Of a stretch of 64,000 bases of DNA, positions 40,001-51,489 are shown one piece after another; the first letter of the stretch is position 1, and each line of letters begins with the position of its first letter. This DNA comes from Macrostomum hystrix (Eukaryota > Animalia > Platyhelminthes): NCBI GenBank assembly GCA_950097015.1, contig CATNEN010000001.1, positions 9,858,001-9,922,000 on the forward strand, read 5' to 3'. The position numbers were made by a program, and so were the translations under genes. Under the pieces are notes generated by a model that was given only the letters and a program-made list of their open reading frames with translations, did no database searches and was not told the origin of the DNA.

Positions 40001-43000
40001 ATTGACAATTTCCCTAGAAACTCTAGATTGACGATTTCCCTTGAAACTCTAGATTAACGATTTCCCTAGAAACTCTAGATTGACGATTTCCCTTGAAACT
40101 CTAGATTGACGATTTCCCTAGAAACTCTAGATTGACGATTTCCCTAGAAACTCTAGATTGACGATTTCCCTTGAAACTCTAGATTGACGATTTCCCTTGA
40201 AACTCTAGATTGACGATTTCCCTTAGAAACTCTAGATTGACGATTTCCCTTAGAAACTCTAGATTGACGATTTCCCTAGAAACTCTAGATTGACGATTTC
40301 CCTAGAAACTCTAGATTGACGATTTCCCTAGAAACTCTAGATTGACGATTTCCCTAGAAACTCTAGATTGACGATTTCCCTTGAAACTCTAGATTAACGA
40401 TTTCCCTTGAAACTCTAGATTGACGATTTCCCTTGAAACTCTAGATTGACGATTTCCCTAGAAACTCTAGATTGACGATTTCCCTTGAAACTCTAGATTG
40501 ACAATTTCCCTAGAAACTCTAGATTGACGATTTCCCTAGAAACTCTAGATTGACAATTTCCCTAGAAACTCTAGATTAACGATTTCCCTAGAAACTCTAG
40601 ATTGACGATTTCCCTAGAAACTCTAGATTGACGATTTCCCTAGAAACTCTAGATTGACAATTTCCCTAGAAACTCTAGATTGACGATTTCCCTAGAAACT
40701 CTAGATTGACGATTTCCCTAGAAACTCTAGATTAACGATTTCCCTTGAAACTCTAGATTAACGATTTCCCTTGAAACTCTAGATTGACGATTTCCCTTGA
40801 AACTCTAGATTGACGATTTCCCTAGAAACTCTAGATTGACGATTTCCCTTGAAACTCTAGATTGACAATTTCCCTAGAAACTCTAGATTGACGATTTCCC
40901 TAGAAACTCTAGATTGACGATTTCCCTAGAAACTCTAGATTGACGATTTCCCTAGAAACTCTAGATTGACGATTTCCCTAGAAACTCTAGATTGACGATT
41001 TCCCTAGAAACTCTAGATTACGATTTCCCTTGAAACTCTAGATTGACGATTTCCCTTGAAACTCTAGATTGACGATTTCCCTAGAAACTCTAGATTGACG
41101 ATTTCCCTTGAAACTCTAGATTGACAATTTCCCTAGAAACTCTAGATTGACGATTTCCCTAGAAACTCTAGATTGACAATTTCCCTAGAAACTCTAGATT
41201 AACGATTTCCCTAGAAACTCTAGATTGACGATTTCCCTAGAAACTCTAGATTGACGATTTCCCTAGAAACTCTAGATTGACAATTTCCCTAGAAACTCTA
41301 GATTGACGATTTCCCTAGAAACTCTAGATTGACAATTTCCCTAGAAACTCTAGATTGACGATTTCCCTAGAAACTCTAGATTGAACGATTTCCCTAGAAA
41401 CTCTAGATTGACGATTTCCCTTGAAACTCTAGATTGAACGATTTCCCTTGAAACTCTAGATTGACGATTTCCCTTAGAAACTCTAGATTGACGATTTCCC
41501 TAGAAACTCTAGATTGACGATTTCCCTAGAAACTCTAGATTGACGATTTCCCTAGAAACTCTAGATTGACGATTTCCCTAGAAACTCTAGATTGACGATT
41601 TCCCTAGAAACTCTAGATTGACGATTTCCCTAGAAACTCTAGATTGACGATTTCCCTAGAAACTCTAGATTGACGATTTCCCTAGAAACTCTAGATTGAC
41701 GATTTCCCTAGAAACTCTAGATTGACGATTTCCCTAGAAACTCTAGATTGACGATTTCCCTAGAAACTCTAGATTGACGATTTCCCTTGAAACTCTAGAT
41801 TAACGATTTCCCTTGAAACTCTAGATTGACGATTTCCCTTGAAACTCTAGATTGACGATTTCCCTAGAAACTCTAGATTGACGATTTCCCTTGAAACTCT
41901 AGATTGACGATTTCCCTAGAAACTCTAGATTGACGATTTCCCTAGAAACTCTAGATTGACGATTTCCCTAGAAACTCTAGATTGACGATTTCCCTAGAAA
42001 CTCTAGATTGACTATTTCCCTAGAAACTCTAGATTGACGATTTCCCTAGAAACTCTAGATTAACGATTTCCCTTGAAACTCTAGATTGACGATTTCCCTT
42101 GAAACTCTAGATTGACGATTTCCCTAGAAACTCTAGATTGACGATTTCCCTTGAAACTCTAGATTGACAATTTCCCTAGAAACTCTAGATTGACGATTTC
42201 CCTAGAAACTCTAGATTGACAATTTCCCTAGAAACTCTAGATTAACGATTTCCCTAGAAACTCTAGATTGACGATTTCCCTAGAAACTCTAGATTGACGA
42301 TTTCCCTAGAAACTCTAGATTGACAATTTCCCTAGAAACTCTAGATTGACGATTTCCCTAGAAACTCTAGATTGACAATTTCCCTAGAAACTCTAGATTA
42401 ACGATTTCCCTAGAAACTCTAGATTAACGATTTCCCTAGAAACTCTAGATTGACGATTTCCCTAGAAACTCTAGATTGACGATTTTCCTTGAAACTCTAG
42501 ATTAACGATTTCCCTTGAAACTCTAGATTGACGATTTCCCTTGAAACTCTAGATTGACGATTTCCCTAGAAACTCTAGATTGACGATTTCCCTTGAAACT
42601 CTAGATTGACAATTTCCCTAGAAACTCTAGATTGACGATTTCCCTAGAAACTCTAGATTGACAATTTCCCTAGAAACTCTAGATTAACGATTTCCCTAGA
42701 AACTCTAGATTGACGATTTCCCTAGAAACTCTAGATTGACGATTTCCCTAGAAACTCTAGATTGACAATTTCCCTAGAAACTCTAGATTGACGATTTCCC
42801 TAGAAACTCTAGATTGACAATTTCCCTAGAAACTCTAGATTAACGATTTCCCTAGAAACTCTAGATTAACGATTTCCCTAGAAACTCTAGATTGACGATT
42901 TCCCTTGAAACTCTAGATTAACGATTTCCCTTGAAACTCTAGATTGACGATTTCCCTTGAAACTCTAGATTGACGATTTCCCTAGAAACTCTAGATTGAC

Positions 43001-43830
43001 GATTTCCCTTGAAACTCTAGATTGACAATTTCCCTTGAAACTCTAGATTGACAATTTCCCTAGAAACTCTAGATTGACGATTTCCCTAGAAACTCTAGAT
43101 TGACGATTTCCCTAGAAACTCTAGATTGACGATTTCCCTAGAAACTCTAGATTGACAATTTCCCTAGAAACTCTAGATTAACGATTTCCCTAGAAACTCT
43201 AGATTGACGATTTCCCTAGAAACTCTAGATTGACGATTTCCCTAGAAACTCTAGATTGACAATTTCCCTAGAAACTCTAGATTGACGATTTCCCTAGAAA
43301 CTCTAGATTGACAATTTCCCTAGAAACTCTAGATTAACGATTTCCCTAGAAACTCTAGATTAACGATTTCCCTAGAAACTCTAGATTGACGATTTCCCTT
43401 GAAACTCTAGATTAACGATTTCCCTTGAAACTCTAGATTGACGATTTCCCTTGAAACTCTAGATTGACGATTTCCCTAGAAACTCTAGATTGACGATTTC
43501 CCTTGAAACTCTAGATTGACAATTTCCCTTGAAACTCTAGATTGACAATTTTCCTAGAAACTCTAGATTGACGATTTCCCTAGAAACTCTAGATTGACGA
43601 TTTCCCTAGAAACTCTAGATTGACGATTTCCCTAGAAACTCTAGATTGACAATTTCCCTAGAAACTCTAGATTAACGATTTCCCTAGAAACTCTAGATTG
43701 ACGATTTCCCTAGAAACTCTAGATTGACGATTTCCCTAGAAACTCTAGATTGACGATTTCCCTAAAAACTCTAGATTGATTTCCCAAGAATTTCTAGATT
43801 GATTTCCCTAGAAACTCTGGATTGATAATT
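37007..43830. repeat. Long 26-bp satellite (attgacgatttccctagaaactctag), ~260 copies
   Basis: Homogeneous array with recurrent single-base variants. Confidence 0.99.
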
Positions 43831-46800
43831 TCTCAAGAAATTCTAGATCGACCATTATAATATAACAATTTAAAAATGTATATAAAATAATTTAAAATAA
43901 AAAAATATAATAAATTAGTCTTCAGTTTAAAAAAAACAGATTGACCTTTAAATACTATAGTCGACCCTCAAATACTCGTAACTCTAATAACTCAACAATA
44001 ATATTTGACTATAGGCCGATATACTTGTAGTAGAAAAAATTCACTTCAGGGACTCCATAGCCAGCTAAAGGCACTCTGCTGACGGCGTCGGGCTGGTGAC
44101 TGATTGGTAGACAGGCTAGGCGAGGCTAAGTCCTATAGTTGAACTTCGTCCCATATTGAAGCTTGATCAGCGTATAGGGAGAAATTTGCATCAGTGTCCG
44201 TATTCGGCTGGTGCCACTTGTTGAAGGTCCAGTAGCACCGTTTAGATAAAGTTGCTTGACCACCGAAGTCGGAGATGATGCATGCACATCCGGGTGATGT
44301 GCTGATTAAGTTTGAAGGCCAGTCAAGGCCGCACTGAGGCGCAGTGCGAATACTTGTATAGGGTATGAAATAAACTCGCCCTTGCTGTAAAAATCTGACG
44401 TTCTGCCAGAACTAATGAAGATCTCGATCGATTCACGCTCGTAGTTTCGCGCCTCCCGTACTGCATTTCTTTCATTAATTATTTAGTCGTCTGAATACAG
44501 TGAAAGATTGCGTTGTTTTTCTTGTAGTTGGAAATATTATAAATAACAATGAGCGGTTATGCATGAGGCTGAAATCCTTAACTGTTACTTATGGTTAAAG
44601 TGTCCTGTGCTAATGTTAATTCTTTTTGGACTTATTACTGTACCGTTAATTACTGCTTACAGCGAAATACGATTCTGATTATCTTATTGTTTGCGCAAAA
44701 AAAATAAAAAATTAATTTGACTGTGTTAGCGAAATGTTTTCTATCTTAATATTCTACTTCTGATAGCTCTACTATTCTATATAAATAACACTTTATTTGT
44801 AAAACGACTGCGGGTGTCCATGTCGCCGCTTGTCCGAAGCTTCGGGCGTACACCTCTTCCCCTTCGTCAAAGGACCGGTGTTTTGAACTCCCATCATGTT
44901 GCTGTTTCTGCTTCTCTTGGCGACTGAGAACTCGTTTTGTGATGTCTGGCCGAGCATGATCCAAGAGCGAACGCAGTGTGCGGCCCATCAGGAGCTGGCA
45001 GGGTGCCACGCCCGTCGTCGAGTGAGGTGTGATGCGATAGCTCATTAGGAAGCGGGCAACTTGCGTCTCGAGCGAGCCGTCTGACTGTTTTGCGATTGAG
45101 CGCTTTAAGCTCTGCACCGCCCTTTCTGCGAGTCCGTTCGACGCTGGGTGGTACGGCGGGGTGCGGACGTGACGAATAGCATTACGGCGGCAAAACTCAC
45201 CGAATTCGCCACTCGAGAAGCACGGTCCGTTGTCAGTCACCACGACGTCCGGGAGCCCGTGTGTGCAGAAGCTTTGGCGCAGTTTCTCGGCTGTAGTCGA
45301 TGCGGTCGCTGAAGAAGTGACGTGAACATCGAGCCACTTTAAGTAGGCATCCACGACGATTAGTAGCATCTTATCTCGAACTGGTCCGGCGTAGTCCACG
45401 TGTAGGCGAGACCATGGGCGCGAAGGCAGAGGCCACGGTTGTAGTGGTGCGGGTGAAGACTCCCTCTGATTTTTTCTGACAAACCGCACAGGCGGCGACC
45501 ATCGACTCGATCTCCTGGTCCATACCCGGCCACCATATGTAACTGCGGGCTAGCGATTTCATTCGAGAAGAACCTGGATGGCTTTGGTGAAGACACTGGA
45601 GCATTTTAGCACGACCTGCTTTAGGAATGATGATGCGGCTGACCCAAAAGACACCCATCTTGAACTGAAAGCTCCTTCGATCGGCGGGCATACTGTTGTA
45701 GCTCCGGGGTTGTAGCAATAGGCCAGCCAGATAGGCAGAATTGCACCACCTGCGACAACTCTGGGTCACGTCTGGTCCAAGTGCGAACGTCTTCTAAACT
45801 AACGGGTCCTGAACCGAGACAGTCCATCAGCAGAACAATCTCTGCAGGCACGGGGGTCGACCAGTCCGCAGTTGGAGTCGGGAGACGGCTAAGGGCATCC
45901 GCCCTAAGGAGCGAGGAGCCGCTGCGATGTACTAGCCTGTACTGGTAAGCCGAAAGTAGCAGCGCCCACCGCTGAATTCGGCCTGAAGCCATGGGTGGAA
46001 TCGACTTGCATTCCCCTAGGAGTCCGAGCAGAGGTCGAGGGTCCGTCAGCAGGTTGAACTTGCGACCCAGGAGGTACTGGTTGAATTTCTTGACACCGTA
46101 AACTAGTGCCAGCGCCTCCTTCTCCAGCTGACAATACTTCCGCTCCGCTGTACTCAAAGTCCTGGACGCGTAAGCAACTGGCTTGTCTAGGCCATCTAAT
46201 CGATGGAAGATGACAGCTCCGATTCCAAATTCTGATGCGTCACATTCGAGGAAGAGTTCCGCTTCTGCGTTGTAATGAGCCAGGACGTTAGGCTGCGTCA
46301 AAAGACGCTTGCAAGCCTCAAAGGCCTCTTGTTGCGACTGGTGCCATTGCCAGGTGGCTCCCTTGTTCAGCAGCTGATGAAGGGGACTGAGCACTGTTGA
46401 CAAATTCGGAAAAAACTTCCCATAATAATTCACTAGACCGAGAAAACTCGGCAGCTGCGTCAGGTCTTTAGGCTCCGGCGCGTTGACGATAGCTTGGACC
46501 TTGTCGTCCAGTGGATGTAGACCTTCCGCATCAATGCGATGCCCAAGGTACACCACGGAGTCCTGCATGAATGCGCACTTGTTCTGGCTGCAATTCAAGC
46601 CGGCATCTTTGAACACAGAGAACACGGCCCGCAGGTTATTTACGTGGTGCTCGTCATCGGTGCCAGTGACGTCGTCCATGAAAGCTGCGCAGTGGTCGAT
46701 GCCGTGCAGAAGGCTGTCCATGACTCTCTCAAACATGCTTGGCGCTGTTGACACACCAAACGGGAGTCTCGAATAGCGGAGCAGTCCCAGCGAGGTGTTG

Positions 46801-47452
46801 ATGGTACACAACTTTTGAGCCTCATCGTCAAGTGGCAACTGGCTGAAGGCCTGGCTCAAATCAAGCTTGCTGAACTTCTTACCTCCGGCCAGTCTTGAAA
46901 AAAGCTCATCGATATTTGGCAAAGGATAAGTATCGGCGTTGATTGAAGCGTTGAGGATCTGCTTAAAATCGGCGCAGACTCGAATACTACCATCCGCCTT
47001 CATCACTGGGACAATTGGAGACGCCCAGTCAGAGGTCTTGACGGGATACAGCACTCCTTGCTGCACCTCTTTATTTAGCTGCTTCTCAACATTGACCTTC
47101 AGAGAGAATGGAACAGGCCGTGCCTTGAAAAACCGCGGCTTGGCGTCTGGCTTCAAATGACAGCGGCTTGCCTTTGTAGGTACCCAGATAGCCGAAAACG
47201 TCAGCGAATTCGATCAGCAGTCCTTGCACCTTAGTGTCGACGGACTTCAGCTGCTTGATGGACTGCCAGTCAAGTGGTAGCTGCTGCAGCCAATCACGTC
47301 CCAGAGGACTTGGACCACTGCCCTCCACGACCAGCAGGCTGAGTTTGACGTGCTCACCTGAGGGTGATTTGCTGACAGGCAACTCTAGTTTACCAAGGAC
47401 TCTAACCGAATGACCCGAGTAAGTGTGTGTGTGTGTTGGTTCAGATCCCTCG

Positions 47453-50400
47453 CTAGGCATACGGGGGGCGCGCCAGCGCGCCCGACGCCTCGACGAAGGC
47501 CCGCACCCCTTCTGGGTCGTTCTGCAGTGGGGACATAGAGCCGTTGATAGCCTCTGGGATGTGAAGCCGGCGCTCCTCCGCCCACCTGGGGCAGTCTAAC
47601 AGGAAATGCCGGGTGTCTTCTTCGGGGGGCATTGCAGTGCGGGCAGGCAGCGGTTGGGTCGCGGCCCCAACGATGCCGGGTGGCCTGCAGGAAGGGCGCC
47701 CGGTTGGCCCGAAGCTGGTACAGCGCCACCTCGGCCGTCCGCGGCCAGCCTGGCCGGTGGATGAACTGCGCTCCGCCGCAGAGCCTGTGGGGGTGGTCCG
47801 CCGGAACTAGCTGATTATACTCAGCCAATTCGGCCGCTCGTCCCTGGCGACGGAGGGCGGCCCTGGCGGCCGACACGGGGACAGGCTGGGGGTCTTGCTG
47901 CATGGCGGACCCTCTCCGGGCCAGCTCATCGGCGGCCTCGTTAAGCGCAAGGCCTGCATGCCCTGGGATCCAGATGACCGTTGGCCTGTGCTCGCTGGCC
48001 AGCTGTTGGAGCAGGATCGCGGCTTGCGCGGTGGCGTGGTCTTGCAGGCACTTGGTCGAGGACTGCAGCCGCTGGAACAGGGCTCGTGAGTCGAACAGCA
48101 GCCAGATCGCCGAGCTCGGCTTCCCCCGAAGGAGACCGAGGGCTGCCTCGAGCCCCGCCGCCGCCGCGGCCGCTTCTGAAGTGGTCGAACTGGTCCACCG
48201 TCCGGTCGGGATACTGCCCTTGACGTCGGGGCCGATAGCATTACGCCGGATGATGTAGCCTCCACCGCCATTTCTGAAGCCTTCTTCCGCCGCCCCGTCT
48301 GTCCAGACTTCGAGGTACGGCGGGTCGCTCCGGCGAAGGGAGTCCAGCAGTTCTAAGGCCCTCGCGCGTCGGACCTCCGGGGGCTCCTCGCGCCCAGCAT
48401 CCGCCGCAGCGAAGCGGGCCGAGTGATGAGGGGTCCACGGCCGGTGCAGGCAGGAGAGCGGAACGCACCCCTCAATGTTCCGAGCGTGACATCCCGCCTC
48501 CTCCAGGGCCGCAAGCGCCGTCTCTCTCCAGCACCCGCGGGTCCCGCCCCCTCTCGACCGCAGTCTCGTCGTGTTCGGCGGGGCGTCGGTTAGCTTCCGC
48601 AGCGGGTGGCCCTCGCTGAACTGGCGGCATCGCAGGTAGAGCTCAGCCGCCCGAATCCGGCAAATGATGTCCAGGGGCTGTAGCCCGGCGTCCGCGATCA
48701 GCGCAGCAGCCCGGGCACCGGGACTGACACCGGTGATGGCCCGGGCCGCGGCGTAATTCATCGACTCCAACCGCTCCCGGTGGGTACGAGCCAGAAAAGG
48801 CCACCACACCTCCGCCGCGTACAGCCCCGCCGGGCGAACGTAGCCGCAGTAGAGCCGACGAAGCGTATCAGCGTCAGCTCCCCACCGGCGGGAAGCCACA
48901 GCCCGCAGGGCGTTGAGCCGGCTCCGCATGGCAGCCAGCGCGCGACGGGCCTGCTCGGCGAAGGTGACCTGGGAGTCCACGAACACCCCCAGGATGCGCG
49001 CCTCCTTCCGGCAGCTGATCGTCTGCCCACCGACCTGGAGCTGAACAGAGTTGCGGAAGGCCTCGGTATTCTCCACGGGATGGGTACTCACCAGCAGGGC
49101 CTCGGTCTTGTTTGGGGCCAGTTCGAAGTGATGCTGCTGGCACCAGGTTTCTGCCGCTTCCAGCGCTTGTTGCATGTTCTCCGCCGCTGCCGCCGCAGTG
49201 CCCGCCGACGTCTTGATGGACAGGTCATCGGCGTATTGCAGCGGCTTACAGAGCGGGGCGGCGGACTGGATGGCGTCTGGCAGGGTACAGGTCGCAATGT
49301 TGAATAGCAGCGGGGACAACGGACTGCCTTGCGGGACTCCCTCCTTCAGGATCTTGGGCCGGCTCATGCTATCAACCCAGCGCACTCGAGCTCTCCGGTC
49401 AGCCAGAAACGCGCGGATCCAGCGCAGCCACCGTCCCGGGGCGCTCGCTCGAGCCAGTTGCCGCAGCACCCCGAGGCGCCAGGTTCGGTCAAAAGCAGCG
49501 AAGAAGTCGATCGCTGCCACCAGGGTCCTCGTCATCGGCCGCGTCTGCAGGTCGTCAAAGGCCGGCTGGGCCAGCTGCGCTAGGGCGTCAACCGTGCTGC
49601 GGCTGGCGCGAAACCCGGACTGCGCGTCCGGGAGCAGGCCGATCTCCTCCGCCCAGGCCGCCAGCCTGCGCTGCACCATCGCTTCTAACGTCTTCCCGAC
49701 ACAGCTGAGCAGCGAGACAGGTCGGAAGGATGCCGGGTCGCTCTTGGGCTTGCCCTTCTTGGCAATGGGCGTGATGATGGCCGTGCGCCAGCCCGATGGA
49801 ACCTTGCCCTCCAACCAGCTCCGGTTGAGCAGGGAGAGCAGGGCGACCCGTCCGATCGACGGGAGGTTTTGAAGAAAAGCCGGGAGAACTCCGTCTTGAC
49901 CCGGCGCCTTCCCCTCGATCTCCCTCAGAACGACGTCCAGCTCTGCCAGGTGGAACGGGGTGGACCGCAGGTCGTCCGTCTCGTTCTGCAGAGCGCGGCG
50001 GACCTCCCTCCTGGCAGCCTGCTGATCTGTCTTCGGAACGCGGAGTCGGCTTGCCTCCGCATAGGTCGCCATCGCCATGTCTGCCTTCTCCCGGTCAGAG
50101 GTCGCGGTCTTGTTGCCCTTGCGGAGCGGGGTGTCAGGGAGCGGCTCATGCGCTCGGCCATCGAGGGCCCTGATGGTGTTCCAGACCTTGTTGTCTGGGG
50201 ACCTGGCCGACAGCTCCGCGACGAAACCTTGCCAGGACTCGGTCTTCGCCTGTTGGTACACTCGGTCGGCTTGGTCGCGGGCAGCGCGGTACCTCGCTTC
50301 CAAGTCCCCTGGCGCGGCTCTGGCTGCCGCTAAGGCGCCGCGAGTGGCGCCCTGGGCCCGTCTGCATCGCTCGTCCCACCAGCTCTTGGCCTTCTTAACT

Positions 50401-51401
50401 CTGCCCTTGGGGATGCAGCTCGCCGCGTCCAGGATCCTGCGGCAGAAGTCTGCATTGGCGGCCTCCACGGACCGAAAGCCGTCCGCCGACCAGCCCAGGA
50501 AAAAATCACCCGCCCGCGTCGCGTAGGTCGGCCAGTCCGCCCGTCGCAGGTTGAAGCCAGCTGGGCGGCGTCGCTCATGGGTTTGGGTGAAGGCGATGGT
50601 CAGCAGCAGAGGAAGGTGGTCCGACCCCATGGTGTCCCCCACGCGCCAGCTGATCCGGCTGGACCAGACAGCACTGCAGAGCGACACGTCGGGCGCCGAC
50701 TCACCACCCCCCGGGCTCACTCTAGTGGCACTGCCGTCGTTGAGCGCCATCCAGCCGTGGTCGCTCAGCCAATCGTCGAGCTCGCTTCCAGGGGGGTCCG
50801 GATCAGCATTCGGGTCCCAGCTACCGTGAGCGTTGAGGTCGCCCATCAGCAGCCAGTGCCCATCGGTGGGCCAGCCGTTGGTGTGTCGGGCCCCGTCTCG
50901 GTCGTCCGCGTCGGAGTGCCGTACAGGTGGGCGGTAGAGGTTGGTGAGGTGCAGCGGCTTGGACTTGTCCCCGAACAGACGGATGGTCAGCTGCTCCAGG
51001 GCCGCGTTGACGGGGGTCCGCAGACCCGCCTCCACCTCTTCATGGGCCAGGCCTTGTTTGACCAGAGTGAGCAGGCCTCCATGGTGACCGCCACCCCCCC
51101 GGTGGACGACCCGGTCGCGGCGGTGGACGGTGTAACCGCGGAGCTTGGGTGTGGGCTCTCTCTCGGTGAGGTTAGATTCCTGCAGAAGGGCGATGTCTAT
51201 TTTGTTTTCCTCCAGCAGCCGTTCAAGTGCCGGTCGACGCGCCTGTAGCCCGTTGAGGTTCCACTGCAGGACACGGAGATCGGCCTGGATAGGACCGGGG
51301 TTCGGCTCAACATCCCCCGACAACAGAACCCGGCGGCGAGACCAGTCGGGGTTGGCCTGCCACCCTCCCAAAAACCCGCCAGCGGGTTGGGGTGCGGACA
51401 T
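47453..51401 (-). CDS. LINE polyprotein: 2A-like peptide + APE endonuclease + RT + RNase H + CCHC finger (one +1 frameshift near 47625)
   Basis: APE: QWNLNGL, LLQES, MGDLNAH, PDVS, SDHLP. RT: QSGFR, GVPQGSPLSP, YADD. RNase H: WTDG, WIPGHAG, NEAADELA. Removing one C from a C6 run restores CPHCNAPEEDTRHFLLDCPRW...PPYA*. Confidence 0.92.
51291..51317 (-). other. 2A-like ribosomal skipping (StopGo) motif GDVEPNPG|P
   Basis: LLSGDVEPNPGP matches the D(V/I)ExNPGP consensus and lies immediately before the APE domain. Confidence 0.85.
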
Positions 51402-51421
51402 CGAAGCGACATCCGGGGAGC

Positions 51422-51489
51422 CGGAGCATTTGGCACAGAACGCATCTGTGACACCTGTCCCCACGTGAAGGGAGCTCCGTTTGACAGGC
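51422..51489 (-). ncRNA. HDV-like (CPEB3-type) self-cleaving ribozyme at the LINE 5' end
   Basis: P1 GCCUGUC/GACAGGU with G1-U wobble; J1/2 AAA; P2 CGGAGC/GCUCCG; P3 CCC/GGG; L3 UUCACGU; J1/4 GU; P4 CACAGA/UCUGUG; J4/2 CCAAAU; G+1 abuts the TSD. Confidence 0.9.

Larger units (their letters stand above)
47425..51489 (-). mobile_element. Full-length Ingi/L1Tc-like (I-group) non-LTR retrotransposon
   Basis: 12-bp TSD acccgagtaagt (47413-47424, 51490-51501); (CA)n 3' tail; single ORF; very GC-rich; splits the Gypsy protease at LTTYSG|HSVRVLG. Confidence 0.93.

Noticed and set aside
37007-43830. CRISPR-like or heat-shock-element array
   Set aside because: No unique spacers or cas genes and the context is eukaryotic; GAA/TTC spacing does not fit nGAAnnTTCn
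44040-44460. Moderately GC-rich island after the satellite
   Set aside because: No ORF, motif or terminal repeat could be recognised
47613-51468. Many antisense ORFs over the LINE
   Set aside because: Expected shadow ORFs in very GC-rich coding DNA
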